Assembly: GCA_977016875.1 (NCBI GenBank)
Contig: CDRNST010000018.1
Location: forward strand, 1,550,001 to 1,614,000
Length of the DNA: 64,000 nucleotides
Reading direction: 5' to 3'
Origin: Pavona decussata
Lineage: Eukaryota
This document shows positions 1 through 13,338 of this stretch, one piece after another. Under the pieces are notes generated by a model. That model saw only the letters and a program-made list of their open reading frames with translations. It was not told where the DNA came from and searched no databases. The position numbers and the translations under genes are program-made. Every line of letters begins with the position of its first letter. Position 1 is the stretch's first letter.

Positions 1-751
1 CTTCAGCCATGTTTTCGTAAGGCAAATTGAATGGCCTTGTAATGTGTGACATGAATCCGTGCAACTTGCAGAAATTTTATCGGAGGCATGTGTTTTCTTC
101 AGGATCGTTCTCGAGTTTTTGAAAGGGGTAGTTTTGGAAGGTAACATAAATTTTTCTTTTCCTCTCGATGAAATTTTTCGTCCTTTCGTTAGTTATAACA
201 AAAGGGAATTAAATTTCCTTTGTCAGTTAATTATTAGTTTGAGTGATCAAATAGTGAAGAGTAAAATTAGGAAATAATTTCACGCGCGTTTTGCTGAAAT
301 TCTAAAAAATTCCCAAAGATAATTTTGACAAAACGCAAGTGGAATTATTTCCTTATTTCAAGAGTATACCATTTGATTACCTTTTAGTATTATGGGTGAA
401 AAATAACGCTCACAATCCTGAGTTTTTGAAACGTTGCCATAGCAATTTTATTTCACATGTGAAATTATTAAAGCTGAAATTTCGCGCCAAAATTAGGTTG
501 TAATTATTTTATTTTTTTTGTCAGCCACGACAATAAGTGGTAAAGTATCAAAGCAAATCACAATTTTTCTATCCTAAGCAAATGCATTTATGCCCTCCAA
601 TTGGACACTAAATGTTTTTTCCCTGAAATGAATCCCTGGATTCCTCTGATTATAATTCTTGTGACGGGGCATTTACGGACAGTGCAAAGAAAGTGTTCAA
701 TTCTTCGTGATTTACTTTTCATGGTAGAAAAAAATTCAATACACATCTTAC

Positions 752-1030
752 CTTGTGGTGACAGCTAACTTTTCTTAACGAAATGATCAAATCTTTGCAG
801 GTAAAACAGAATTTTCCAAGCTTCACGGGGTGAATAAAACTTTCCGCGAAAGGACAGAAGTTTCAGTTGTTATAGTGATGATTTCTTACGTCATAATGAG
901 GAAAACGTAATTATTCAATTTGCAGCGCGCGCGCCATTTTTCGTTCTCCCAGGTCCTCTCCGTTTCTCCTGTGAAGAACGGAGAGCACCCTGGGATCAAG
1001 TTTAGAAACAAGAAACGCTGTGATTGGTTG
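752..1030 (-). promoter_or_regulatory. Putative promoter plus non-coding first exon of the array gene (copy 1; homologous donors at 6111, 10782, 14478)
   Basis: Minus strand shows CCAAT (1023-1027), YY1-like AAAATGGCG (~932-940), CRE-like TGACGTAA (886-893) and a strong donor AAG|GTAAGA at 752/751. CCAAT, YY1-like motif and donor are present in all four units; the CRE-like site is mutated in the fourth. Confidence 0.5.
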
Positions 1031-1882
1031 AAACCTCTAGGATAAAACCAAAATTTACAGTCGTCCGATTCTTCGACGAAGGTAATGTTTTTGATTGAAT
1101 TATGAAAGCAAATGAACTAGAATGCTTTCACGGTAGAAAGCCTCAATTCGAATGGCGTGTTCATAAAACGGCGTACATACAAGAGTATAACTATTTTGCT
1201 TGGAAGAGATGAATTTCGCAGCAGCCAATCTCCGTTTAATAGGAAGGCAACGATCAAGCTTCCGACGCAAAAACCTGAAAAACTTCAAATCATGTTTCCC
1301 TCCGAATCAGCTCGGTGCTTTCCTGAAATGCTTGTCTCTAAAACTACATGTACAGCTTTGAACGCAGAGAACTTAGTGGAACAACCCCTGACATGTTACT
1401 GGTGCTGCTGCAAAAGAATTACGCACTCAAAGCAATTTCTCGTGTATTGCAGGCTACCGGGCTCCTTTTAGCCAACAGCCTAGTACTGATTGGCCCCAGC
1501 AATCAAAATGAACAGTACAATTCCAGCACCAAAAGCTATTACTTTATTGAACAAAAATAAACCGTCTCATATTTATAAATAAAATTCAGTAGAATTGATC
1601 AGGTAATTAACCTAAAATAAACATTGAATTTGAGCTCAAATACCATATATCTGTGCTTATATGAAATAAAAATCATCTACAGTGTAGACCTGATATAACG
1701 ACCTCTGCTAAAAAGAACTCTCCAACCCTCAAATAATTAAATATATTAGTGTACTTGTACGGAAACAACTGAAGTAGGAAGGTGATTTCAAACCTGCATG
1801 TATTTGATTCTCTCATTATATTACTTTAAAATGAATGCATGCACAGTTTAGGCCACAGACAATCTATTCAGCGATAGCTCAC

Positions 1883-2535
1883 TTTAGACGAGGAGGATCC
1901 GTGAAGAGTTCACTCTCCATCAGCTTTAAGCTATCTGAGAGAAGGACCTGGGGACGAATAGAACGACGAGTAAGAATAGGTACACAAGAGGTACATGTGT
2001 TCACATCTCGTCATTTTTTATTCTTTAACATATTTTTTAAAAACGTAAGTGTTGGCAAAGAAGACAGTTGCATGTTCACAACATTTATTAAGTTATATCC
2101 AATTTGGACTGAGTGGAAAGTAGTAACAATCTTATTTGGGGGAAGGCAATAAAAACTGATAATTCAGTCAATTAGTTTTCAATTATAGAAAATGCTGTAT
2201 TTATAGCACTAACGCCAACAGAGAGGATAAAAACAACAATGTGGAGCCTTGTAACCAGGAAGTCCCGAGTATAAGTCCTCTCTCTGACAATGAACTCGAT
2301 TTGTTTCATGGTACTTCCGATCCCTTGTTTCAAATCCTTAGCCACTGTTCACTCTTCGGAGATTGTGTGTAAAACTAACCTGATCCTGTTTGGATGTGAA
2401 GTAATCCTGTCTTGCTATCTTCAAATCATAGTATCCTTTCAGGGTACTTGTGGCTTGTAGCTCTCCCAGCTCCTTTTCCAGCCCAGGCAGCACCTGCTCC
2501 GTCTTTACTTGTGAAAGAGCCTTTTGAACGCAACG
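1883..2535 (-). pseudogene. HAUS3: HAUS3 (augmin subunit 3)-like exon fragments
   Basis: Exon 2535-2380 (ag..gt bounded) translates RCVQKALSQVKTEQVLPGLEKELGELQATSTLKGYYDLKIARQDYFTSKQDQ, resembling vertebrate HAUS3 KGDFDLQIAKQDYYTARQ. Exon 1947-1883 translates VLLSDSLKLMESELFTDPPRLK, resembling the HAUS3 C-terminal MEREFYVYF region with a short deletion. Intervening and flanking exons were not found. Confidence 0.7.
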
Positions 2536-3970
2536 CTATGATAATAAAATGCTAAACGAAACAAATCTAAGTAAAAAGATATTCCAATTGCACCTGTTGG
2601 ATATGGATGACCGTAGCCAACTAAAACTGTTTTGAATTTTTGAGAGCGTTGAATCTCGACAAATTGTCCGCCGTGAAAACGTGGTAAAACTTCGCTCCCT
2701 TTGAAAATATTAATGGTCACCAACATCGACGCATGTGTAGTGCGCTTCCAAATATCGCAGCCTAAGGTTATCGCGGAACACATGTCATGTGTACCTAACA
2801 GTTATTGAGGACTTCCTGTTCATATTACACGTGATATCCAATGCACACAGGTGGAATGTAAGTATAACACGAAACGTATCCGGCAATATCCCATTATTGT
2901 GAAATCCTGCACTAACCTGTTATAAGCCGATAGAACATTTTAATCCTCCAAATCCAAGAATAAAGAAATCAAAAGGCGTTGAAATTGAAAGTAAAAACAA
3001 TAGTACTTTACCTTTTAGTAAGACAGCATTCTGCAGACCATTCTGAATTTGGCCTGGTTCCAGTGGTTCATCAGCAGACCGGTTGCGATAAGAATTCTGT
3101 TTCTCCGTGCATGTAGGGTATGTTTTTTTGTTTTTACATTTTTTGTAATTTTATGGGGGTTTTTTTTATTTATTTTTTTATTTTTTTTAGGTTTGGGGGG
3201 GGGGGGGGGGGACAGCAAGGGGGTCTGTTGTCTTCATCTGCGCTGCCGTAGCAACACAGGAAACGTTTCTTCACCCATCGCTTCAATCTCTGAATACGAC
3301 CTCAGTCTTGGCAGAAAAGACAAAAAAGAGAGCTAATTGATTAAGGATCATCCTAATGATATACCACAATAACAGAGAGAGCATCATACTATTAAAGAAT
3401 CGAAGCAGAAAATTCAATCAAATCCATCATTGTGGGAGGAACAGATAGACGCCTTTGAGCTCAATTCGACGAGGCTGTGGCTCGAAGCGCGAATCAATAA
3501 ACAAAGAATTCTAACTGGAATTCACCCCCACCATCAGGTGACTATTTACTCAAAATAATTAACCTTCAAGTCGAACTGAGTTTGTCGAAAATAAGTCGCT
3601 CATCTTCAAAAAATTATTCCATTGCTGCTTCAGACTTTATTTTGTAAAAAAAAAGAAAGAGATTCATATTTAATTTGGAGGCCATAAACTGACGAGTAGC
3701 TTATCCCAAAGTTTTTGTAAAGTGGAGGCCTCGGGAACAAAGGGAAAACATTTTAACGAGATAAAAAATTAACGAGCTTCTAGCCATCCGTACCTGTTTT
3801 TCTTTAATAAAAAGGTGGGGACCGGGGTCCCCCGTATGTGGCACTAGACAACTATACATGTTAACACATGAACAAACACGGCGATAGGCGAGAAGGAATA
3901 TTATCATACTCGTATCTTTTGTTCAACTTACCTTGCTTGTTGATTTTCTGGGCAGCAATTCACTAATGGA

Positions 3971-4093
3971 CAGGGCCCGGTTGCTCGAAGCATGGTTAGC
4001 GCTAACCCGGGTTAAATGCCATGACAACCTATAGGTTTTAATACCTCTTTACCAATGGTTAGCGCTGACCATGCTTCGAGCAACTCAGCCCTG
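3971..4093. mobile_element. MITE (CAGGGCCC-type TIR) inserted in exon Z1
   Basis: cagggcccggttgctcgaagcatggttagcgctaacc ... ggttagcgctgaccatgcttcgagcaactcagccctg, ~40-bp imperfect inverted repeats. Confidence 0.8.
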
Positions 4094-4430
4094 ATAGGCA
4101 CTTCCTGCAGACTCGGTGTCAATTTTCTCCGACACGCATATAACTTGGTTATCCGGTAGGCATGGAGCTTGGGTTCCTGACTTGCATGCAGTTTTTATAT
4201 CTGACACGAATGGTGTTTGAATGTCAACCACGCATGGACTTTTATCCTTTGAAACGCTATATCTTCAATCGCTGGTATTCATGGAACCTGCTCATTGGCG
4301 TTAGCTCCAACAAACGCGTCCCAAGGGCAATGGATCCGGAGTGTTGGTACGTTGGGGGAGACGGCTAAGCAGCCTTTGGGAATGAGGGTCCCGGTGAATG
4401 GAACTGTCACCTCTGCAGGGGTGGCTGGCG

Positions 4431-4492
4431 TAGGGTTACCTTCCTCTTGACTATGACAAAATATTGTCAAGGTCAAGAGGAAGGAAACCCTA
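4431..4492. mobile_element. 62-bp hairpin mini-MITE flanked by TA (also at ~9143 and ~12792)
   Basis: tagggttaccttcctcttgactatgacaa-aata-ttgtcaaggtcaagaggaaggaaacccta is a near-perfect palindrome. Confidence 0.6.
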
Positions 4493-7400
4493 GGATTGAA
4501 ATTGCAAGTGGCTCATTCCAACCGCTCTGAATCCAGTACGCATAATTGAGAAGTAACGTGTAGTTATAGTATAAAGCAGAATATTCTTCATACATGCCTC
4601 TCCCGAGGTTGAATGCACATTCGAGAACTTCTTTCATAGTTTTGCTATCCTCCTTTAAAGAGGAATACGACTTTTCAAGATTGCTGTAGTTTTCTCTTTC
4701 CGTTTTTAATTTCTCCACTGCTTTTGTAAGTCCTTCTTTCCATTGTTCGTCTCGATTTCTTAAATGCTCCAATTCCTTTTTAAGGCGTTTACCATATTCC
4801 GCCACTCCACAACTTTATCATAACTTTCTGCTATTGGTTTCTTTGTATGTTGTTGTCTTCTTGCAGCCAACTTCTTTCATTCGCCAAGTTTTGAATTTCG
4901 GCATGCTGTTGCTCTATTACGTTGATCAGCTGTTCTTGAGTATATGAAAACAAATTACCATTGGAAGCCATGATTCTAGGAGAAAATCCACGGTTTGTAA
5001 TGTCTCTCACGCGAAAAAATTAAGGATAATTACGAACAAAATCATTTTTCCGCTGCACCCTTATGGGATAAGAAACTGCAAATAGTACGATGTTAAAGTA
5101 ATTTGATGATAGAGACTGGTAACACTAGCTCTTGACATTTGAAGAAAAAACAAAAAGGAAAATCTTTCAAGTTGCACGGAAGGTTTAAATTACGTGCACC
5201 ATTCACCGCAAGCAAATTCTTATTTGAATCAATTTTTCCGTTCTGAGACATTTTTCAAGTTGGATGAGAAAACTATTTTCTTTCAAATTTGTTAATTATT
5301 TATTTATTTTTATTTATTTATTTTGCCACACCACAAATACAATGTAAACAAAAAAATGCTTTCGTAAGGCAAATTCTGATGGCCTTGTAATGGGTGACAT
5401 GAATCCGTGCAACTTGCAGGGATTTTATCGGGGGAATGTGTTTTCTTCAGGATCGTTTTCGAGTTTTTCAAAGGGGCCGTTTTGGAAGGTAACTCACTTT
5501 TTTTCTTTTCTTCTCGATGAAATTGTTCGTCCGTTCGTTAATTATAACAAAAGGGAATTAAATTTCCTTTGTCACTTAATTATTAGTTTGGGTGATCAAA
5601 TTGTGACGAGTAAAATTAGGAAATAATTTCACGCCGGTTTTGCCGAAATTCTAAAAATTTTCCGAACCTACTTTTGACAAAACGCAAGTGAAATTATTTC
5701 TTTATTTCAAGAGTATACCAATGGATTGTCTTATAGGTGAGAAAGTACGCTCAAAATCGTGAGTTTTTGAAACGTTTTCATAGCAATTTTGTAATTTCAC
5801 ATTTGAAATTATAAATTAACGGTGAAATTTCGCGCAAAAATTAGGGAGTAATTACTTTATTTTTTGCCACCCATGATAATAAGTGGCAAAGTATCAAAGC
5901 AAATCCCAGTTTTTCTATCCTATGCAAATCGATTTCTGAGGCGATTTAAGCCCTCCGAATGGAAAGTAACTATATATTCCCCTGAAATGAATCGCTGGAT
6001 GCCACTGATTATAATTCTTGTGACGGGGCGTTTACGGACAGTGAAAAGAAAGTGTTCAATTCTTCGTCATTTACTTTTCGTGGTAGAAAAAAATTCAATA
6101 CACATCTTACCTTGTGGTGACAGCTAACTTTTCTTAACGAAACGATGAAATCTTTAATTACTGGTAAAATAGAATTTTCCAAGCTTCACAGGGAGAATAA
6201 AACTTTCCGCGAAATGACAAAAGTTTCAGTTGTTTCAGTTGTTATAGTGATGATTTCTTACGTCATAATGAGGCAAACGTAATTATTCAATTTGCAGCGC
6301 GCGCGCCATTTTTCGTTCTCCCAGATCCTCTCTGTTTCTCCCGTGAAGAACAGAGAGCACCCTGGGATCAAGTTTAGAAACAAGAAACGCTGTGATTGGT
6401 TGAAACCTCTACGGTGGAACCAAAATTTACAGTCGTCCGATTCTTTGTTTGATTGAATTATGAAAGCAAATGAACTAGAATGCTTTGTAACGGTAGAAAG
6501 CCTCAATTCGAATGGTGCGGTCATAAAACGGCCTACATACAAGCGGTATAACTGTTTTGCTTCGAAGAGATGAATTTTGCAACATCGCATATCGTGCATC
6601 GGTAGCCAATCTCCGTTTAATAGGAAAAACGTTTCCTTTGAAGGAAATAAGTATCCGCAAACGATTTTGCAAGAAGGGAAGGCAACGATCAAGCTTCTAA
6701 CGCAAAAACCTGAAAAAGTTTAATCATGTTTCTCTCCGAATCAGCTCGGTGCTTTCCTGAAATGCTTGTCTCTAAACCTACATGTACAGCTTTGAACGCA
6801 GAGAACTTAGTGGAACAACCCCTGACATGTTACTGGTGCTTTTGCAAAAGAATTACGAACCCAAAGCGATTTCTCGTGTATCCCAGGCTACCGGGCTCCT
6901 TTTAGCCAACAGCCTTGTACTGATTGACCCCAGAAATCAAAATAAACAGTGCAATTCCAGCACCAAAAGCTATTACTTTATTGAACAAAAATAAACCGTC
7001 TCATATTTATAAATAAAAATCAGTAGAACTGATCAGGTAAATAGTCTAAAACAAAATTTGAATCTGAGCTCAAGTAGCATTAATCTGTACTTATATTAAA
7101 TAAAAATCATCTACAGTGTAGCCCTGATATAACGACCTCGGCTAAAAAGAACTCTCCATCCCTGAAATTAAGCTTTCATCAGGGACCTTTAAATATATTA
7201 GTGTACTTGTACGGAATCAACTGAAGTAGGAAGGTGATTTCAAACCTGCATGTTTTTGATTCTCACATTATATTACTTTAATCTCTTTCTTACAGCTTCT
7301 TTCTATACGGAAGAGTACAGGACAGGAATGAGACCTTTGAAAAATTAATTTGAAAATCGTATCCATACTTATTTCATACTCCAAGTCCCTGCCGAAAGAA

Positions 7401-8146
7401 AACTTTCCTATCTACAACAAACACAATCGATGTCCCAACTGAAATTCTCATCAGTGAGCTAGTTCATTTATCACAGTTGCCCTCAGGGCTGTGTATGTAA
7501 ATAAATAATATTAGTGACTATATTAATAGCTTAAAACCATTTCCGTAGATTACTGTGTGTGTTTTATTAGATTTCAAAACTCAGTAACGGACAGCAATCA
7601 GGCTGTACAACTTTCATTTTAGCACTTTAGTTAGTTATAGTACTTTAAACATAAGACTTACCAATACTTTCTTTTTACACATATGAATAGAATCTAATAA
7701 TCAGGGCCCGTTTGTTCAAAAGCCGATTAATACACGATTAAAAGTTAACTGCAGTTTTCAGCTTGCTCATTAAAATTGTTTTTTTTTTTTTTTTATCTAA
7801 TGTTAAGCTAGTGGTAAAGAAAAGTCTTTTTGAAAAATCTTTATCATTGATGAGTAATTAAACTTGAGTAGCTAAATCGGGCTTTGAACAACTGGGCCCT
7901 GTAGTGTGCTTGGGTGTGTATGTTAATGTAGCACTGTAAAACTGTGTAAGGGCAAGAACAAATGAAGAAAAAGAAACACTCTCAAAAGGATGATTGACTT
8001 TAAAAAAAGGTACCTCAAAAGACGCTGAAACTGAACACTTTGAAACGGATTTTTTTATTTGGAATGTTCCTAAGTAGACACCAGGGTCTTGCCAAGATTA
8101 ATTTTTGTAAAAAGATGTTATAACTTTGCAGGTGTTTGCCATCTTC

Positions 8147-8356
8147 TTAACCCTTTAAGCCCTAACAGTGATCAGCATTAAATTTCTCCTTGTAATATCA
8201 ATGCTTATTCAACCCCTGAGGTCATGAGAATTAAGGATATGATCACCAAGGTACATTTTCTTGATATTTTAATATCTTCTCCCCCGTACTTTTATAAGAA
8301 AATTATGGGTCAAGATAGGAGAATTTGTTCTTTGATATTAAGGGTTAAAGAGTTAA
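8147..8356. mobile_element. piggyBac-like non-autonomous element (TTAA-CCC termini); further copies at 11812-12021, 16383-16586, 24633-24847
   Basis: TTAACCCTTTAAGCCCTAA...TTAAGGGTTAAAG(A/G)GTTAA termini and the same internal sequence in all four copies. Confidence 0.75.
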
Positions 8357-8869
8357 ACATGGCGGAGCTAAAAGTCAGCGTTGTTTTGACTAACAAAAAT
8401 GCTCAAACCAAGGGTGATTTCTTGACAGGTGCTGGATTTTCAATGTGATATTATCTGCTGGGTGTTGTTTATGGCAACGGAATTACCAGAAAACAAGGAG
8501 TTGTTTTTTTTCCAAAATACAATTAATTTTGAGAGCAGTTTCAATAATTTTGGAAACATTTTTTTTTCATGATAGCCAGTAACATTTCCATGAATAGACG
8601 GTAAACATAACTGGATGTACCATCTCCTAACAATATTACAGCAGAAAACTCCACTACTGTACAATGTACTACAAGCGGACCAGCACTATAAAAGGAACCT
8701 AATTTCACTGTAAACACTGAGTACGGAAGACTAGTTTCTGTTAGCTGCTGTTGAAATGCTAAACATGCTTTTTGTTTTTGAGTAAGTAGCAAACAGAGAG
8801 AATAAAAACGATGTGGAGGACTTGTAGCCAGGAAGTCCCGAGTTGAAGTTCTCTCTCTGACAATGAACT

Positions 8870-9689
8870 TGCATGCAGCTTTCATATCTGACACGAATGG
8901 TGTTTGAATGTCAACCACGCATGGAATTTTATCCTTTGAAACGCATGTATCTTCAATCGCTGACACGCATGGAGTTTGAATTGCTGGTATGCATGGAACC
9001 TGCTCATTGGCGTTAGCTCCAACGAACGCGTCCCAAGGGCAATGGATCCGGAGTGTTGGTACGTTGGGGGAGATGGCTAAGCAGCCTTTGGGAATGAGGG
9101 TCCCGGTGAATGGAACTGTCACCTCTGCAGGGGTGGCTGGCGTAGGGTTACCTTCCTCTTGACTATGACAAAATATTGTCAAGGTCAAGAGGAAGGAAAC
9201 CCTAGGATTGAAATTGCAAGTGGTTCATTCCAACCGCTCTGAATCCAGTACGAATAATTGAGAAGTAACGTGTAGTTATAGTATAAAACAGAATATTCTT
9301 CATATATGCCACTCCCGAGGTTGAATGCACACTGATTCGAGAACTTCTTTCATAGTTTTGCTATCCTCCTTTAAAGAGGAATATGACTTTTCAAGATTGC
9401 TGTAGGTTTCTCTTTCCGTTTTTAATTTCTCCACTGCTTTTGTTAGTCCCTCATTCCATTGTTCGTCTCGAGTTCCTAAATGTTCCAGTTTCTTTTTAAG
9501 GCGTTTTCCATACTCCTGACACTACACAACTTTATCATAACATTCTGCTACTTGGCTTCTGTGTATTTTGTTGTCTTCCTGCAGCCAACTTCTTTCATTC
9601 GCCAAGTTCTGAATTTATGCATGCTGTTGCTCTATTACATTGATCAGCTGTTTTTGAGTATATGAAAACAGTTTACCATTGGAAGCCAT
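8870..9689 (-). pseudogene. Decayed orphan coiled-coil gene, copy Z2
   Basis: ATG 9689; acceptor mutated (TTG instead of TAG); in-frame TAG after DKVV; 3' part fused by deletion to a SINE-like remnant, producing the 8541-9188 ORF. Confidence 0.6.
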
Positions 9690-12519
9690 GATCCAAGGAG
9701 AAAATCCACGGTTTTTTATGTCTCTCATCTACGATCAAAATCATTTTTCCGCTGCACCCTTATGGGATAAGAAACTGCAAATAGTACGTTGAAGTAATTT
9801 GATGATAGAGACTGGTAACAATAGTTCTTGACATTTGAAGAAAAAAAGAAGAAGAAAAAAATCTTTCAAGTTGCACGGACGGTTTAAATTACGTGCACCA
9901 TTCACCGCAAACAAATTCTTATTTGAATCAAGTATTCTTTTCTGAGGCATTTTTCAAGTTGAATGAGAAAACTATCTGACTTTCTAATTTGTTATTTAAA
10001 CGTTTGCAATAAGTTTATTATGTGTTTTTATGTTCCGTTATGCAACTTCAGCCATGTTTTCGTAAGGCAAATTGAATGGCCTTGTAATGTGTGACATGAA
10101 TCCGTGCAACTTGCAGGGATTTTATCGGGGGCATGTGTTCTTCAGGATCGTTTTCGAGTTTTTGAAAGGGGCAGTTTTGGAAGGTAACATAATTTTTTTT
10201 CTTTTCCTCTCGATGAAATTTTTCGTCGTTTCGTTAGTTATAACAAAAGGGAATTAAATTTCCTTTGTCACTTAATTATTAGTTTGAGTGATCAAATAGT
10301 GAAGAGTAAAATTAGGAAATAATTTCACGCGCGTTTTGCTGAAATTCTAAATAATTCCTAAAGATACTTTTGACAAAACGCAAGTGGAATTATTTCCTTA
10401 TTTCAAGAGTATACCATTTGATTACCTTTTAGTATTATGGGTGAAAAATTACGCTCACAATCCTGAGTTTTTGAAACGTTGCCATAGCAATTTTGTTATT
10501 TCACAGCTGAAATTTCGCGCCAAAATTAGGTAGTAATTATTTTATTTTTTCTGTCAGCCACGACAAGTGGTAAAGTATCAAAGCAAATCACAATTTTTCT
10601 ATCCTAAGCAAATGCATTTATGCCCTCCAATTGGAGATTAAAGGTTTTTTCCCTGAAAGAAATCCCTGGATTCCTCTAATTATAATTCTTGTGACGGGGC
10701 ATTTACGGACAGTGCAAAGAAAGTGTTCAATTCTTCGTGATTTACTTTTCGTGGTAGAAAAAAATTCAATACACATCTTACCTTATGGTGGCAGCTAACT
10801 TTTCCTAACGAAAAGATCAAATCTTTGCAAGTTAAACAGAATTTTCCAAGCTTCACCGGGTGAATAAAACTTTCCGCGAAACGACAAAAGTTTCAGTTGT
10901 TATAGTGATGATTTCTTACGTCATAATGAGGCAAAACGTAATTATTCAATTTGTAGCGCACGCCATTTTTCGTTCTCCCAGATCCTCTCTGTTTCTCCTG
11001 TGAAGAACGGAGAGCACCCTGGGATCAAGTTTAGAAACAAGAAACGCTGTGATTGGTTGAAACCTCTACGGTGGAACCAAAATTTAAAGTCGTCCGATTC
11101 TTTGTTTGATTGAATTATGGAAGCAAATGAACTAGAATGCTTTGTAACGGTAGAAAGCCTCAATTCGAATGATGTGGTCATAAAACGGCGTACATACAAG
11201 AGTATAACTGTTTTGCTTGGAAGAGATGAATTTTGCAACATCGCATATCGTGCATCGGCAGCCAATCTCCGTTTAATAGGAAAAACTTTTCTTTTGACGG
11301 AAATAAGTATCCGCAAACGATTTTTGCAAGAAGGGAAGGCAACGATCAAGCTAACGCAAAAACCTGAAAAACTTCAAATCATGTTTCCCTCCGAATCAGC
11401 TCGGTGCTTTCCTGAAATGCTTGTCTTTAAAACTTCATGTACAGCTTTGAACGCAGAGAACTTAGTGGAACAACCTGTGGCATGTTAGGCCGGTGCTGCT
11501 GCAAAAGAATTACGCTCTCAAAAGGAATTTCTCGTGTATCCCTGGCTACCGGGCTCCTTTTAACCAACAACCTTGTACTGATTGGCCCCAGAAATCAAAA
11601 TGAACAGTGCAATTCCAGCACCAAAAGCTATTACTTTATTAAACAAAAATAAACCGTCTGATTGACTTTAAAAAAAGGTACCTCAAAAGACGCTGAAAAC
11701 ACTTTGAAACGGATTTTTTTATTTGGAATGTTCCTAAGTAGACACCAGGGTTCTTGCTAAGATTAATTTTTGTAAAAAGATGTTATAACTTTGCAGGTGC
11801 TTGCCATCTTCTTAACCCTTTAAGCCCTAATAGTGATCAGCATTAAATTTCTCCTTGTAATATCAATGCTTATTCAACACCTGAGGTCATGAGAATTAAG
11901 GATATGATCACCAAGGTAAACTTTCTTGATATTTTAATATCTTCTCCCCCGTACTTTTATAAGAAAATGATGGGTCAAGATTTGAGAATTTGTTCTTTGA
12001 TATTAAGGGTTAAAGGGTTAAACATGGCGGAGCTAAAAGTCAGCGTTGTTTTGACTAACGAAAATGCTTAAACCAAGGGTGATTTCTTGACAGGTGATGG
12101 ATTTTCAATGTGATATTATCTGCTGGGTGTTGTTTATGGCAAGGAAATTACCAGAAAACAAGGAGTTGTTTTTTTTTTTTTCAAAATACAATCAATTTTG
12201 AGAGCAGTTTCAATAATTTTGGAAACATTTTTTTTTTCATGAGTAACATTTCCATGAATAGACGGTAAACATAACTGGATGTACCATCTCCTAACAATAT
12301 TAGAGCAAAAAACTCCACTCATGTACAATGCACTACAAGCGGACCAGCACTATAAAAGGAACCTAATTTCACTGTAAACACTGAGTACGGAAGACTAGTT
12401 TCTGTTAGCTGCTGTTGAAATGCTAAACGTGCTTTTTTTTTTTTTTAAGTAGCAAACAGAGAGAATAAAAACGATGTGGAGGACTTGTAGCCAGGAAGTC
12501 TCTCTCTCTGACCATGAAC

Positions 12520-13338
12520 TTGCATGCAGCTTTCATATCTGACACGAATGGTGTTTGAATGTCAACCACGCATGGAATTTTATCCTTTGAAACGCATGAA
12601 TCTTCAATCGCTGACACGCATGGAGTTTGAATTGCTGGTATGAATGGAACCTGCTCATTGGCGTTAGCTCCAACAAACGCGTCCCAAGGGCAATGGATCC
12701 GGTTGGTTGGTACGTTGGGGGAGATGGCTAAGCAGCTTGGGAATGAGGGTCCCGGTGAATGGAACTGTCACCTCTGCAGGGGTGGCTGGCGTAGGGTTTC
12801 CTTCCTCTTGACCTTGAGAAAATATTGTCAAGGTCAAGATGAGGGAAACCCTAGGATTGAAATTGCAAGTGGTTCATTCCAACCGCTCTGAATCCAGTAC
12901 GAATAATTGAGAAGTAACGTGTAGTTATAGTATAAAACAGAATATTCTTCATACATGTCTCTCTCGAGGTTGAATGCACACTGATTCGAGAACTTCTTTC
13001 ATAGTTTTGCTATCCTCCTTTTAAGAGGAATACGACTTTTCAAGATTGCTGTAGTTTTCTCTTTCCGTTTTTAATTTCTCCACTGCTTTTGTTAGTCCTT
13101 CTTTCCATTGTTCGTCTCGAGTTCCTAAATGTTCCAATTTCTTTTTAAGGCGTTTTCCATACTCCTGTCACTACACAACTTTATCATAATATTCTGCTAC
13201 TTGGCTTTTGTGTATTTTGTTGTCTTCCTGCAGCCAACTTCTTTCATTCGCCAAGTTTTGAATTTCGGCATGCTGTTGCTCTATTACGTTGATCAGCTGT
13301 TCTTGAGTATATGAAAACAAATTACCATTCGAAGCCAT
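12520..13338 (-). pseudogene. Decayed orphan coiled-coil gene, copy Z3
   Basis: Acceptor tctcctag|gatcATG (ATG 13338); MASNGNLFSY...YYDKVV, then TAG TGA and a later TAA; same 3' deletion as Z2. Confidence 0.6.

Larger units (their letters stand above)
3932..4971 (-). pseudogene. Decayed orphan coiled-coil gene, coding exon copy Z1
   Basis: Acceptor ttttctcctag|aatcATG (ATG 4971); reads MASNGNLFSYTQEQLINVIEQQHAEIQNLANERSWLQEDN, then two 1-bp deletions lead into EYGKRLKKELEHLRNRDEQW (ORF 4473-4805), then a Pro/Cys repeat segment; donor AAG|GTAAGT at 3932. Confidence 0.6.

Noticed and set aside
8541-9188. 215-aa ORF as an intact gene
   Set aside because: Non-ATG start, and chimeric: its 3' half reads through a deletion junction into SINE-like and flanking DNA; it is broken in the other copies.
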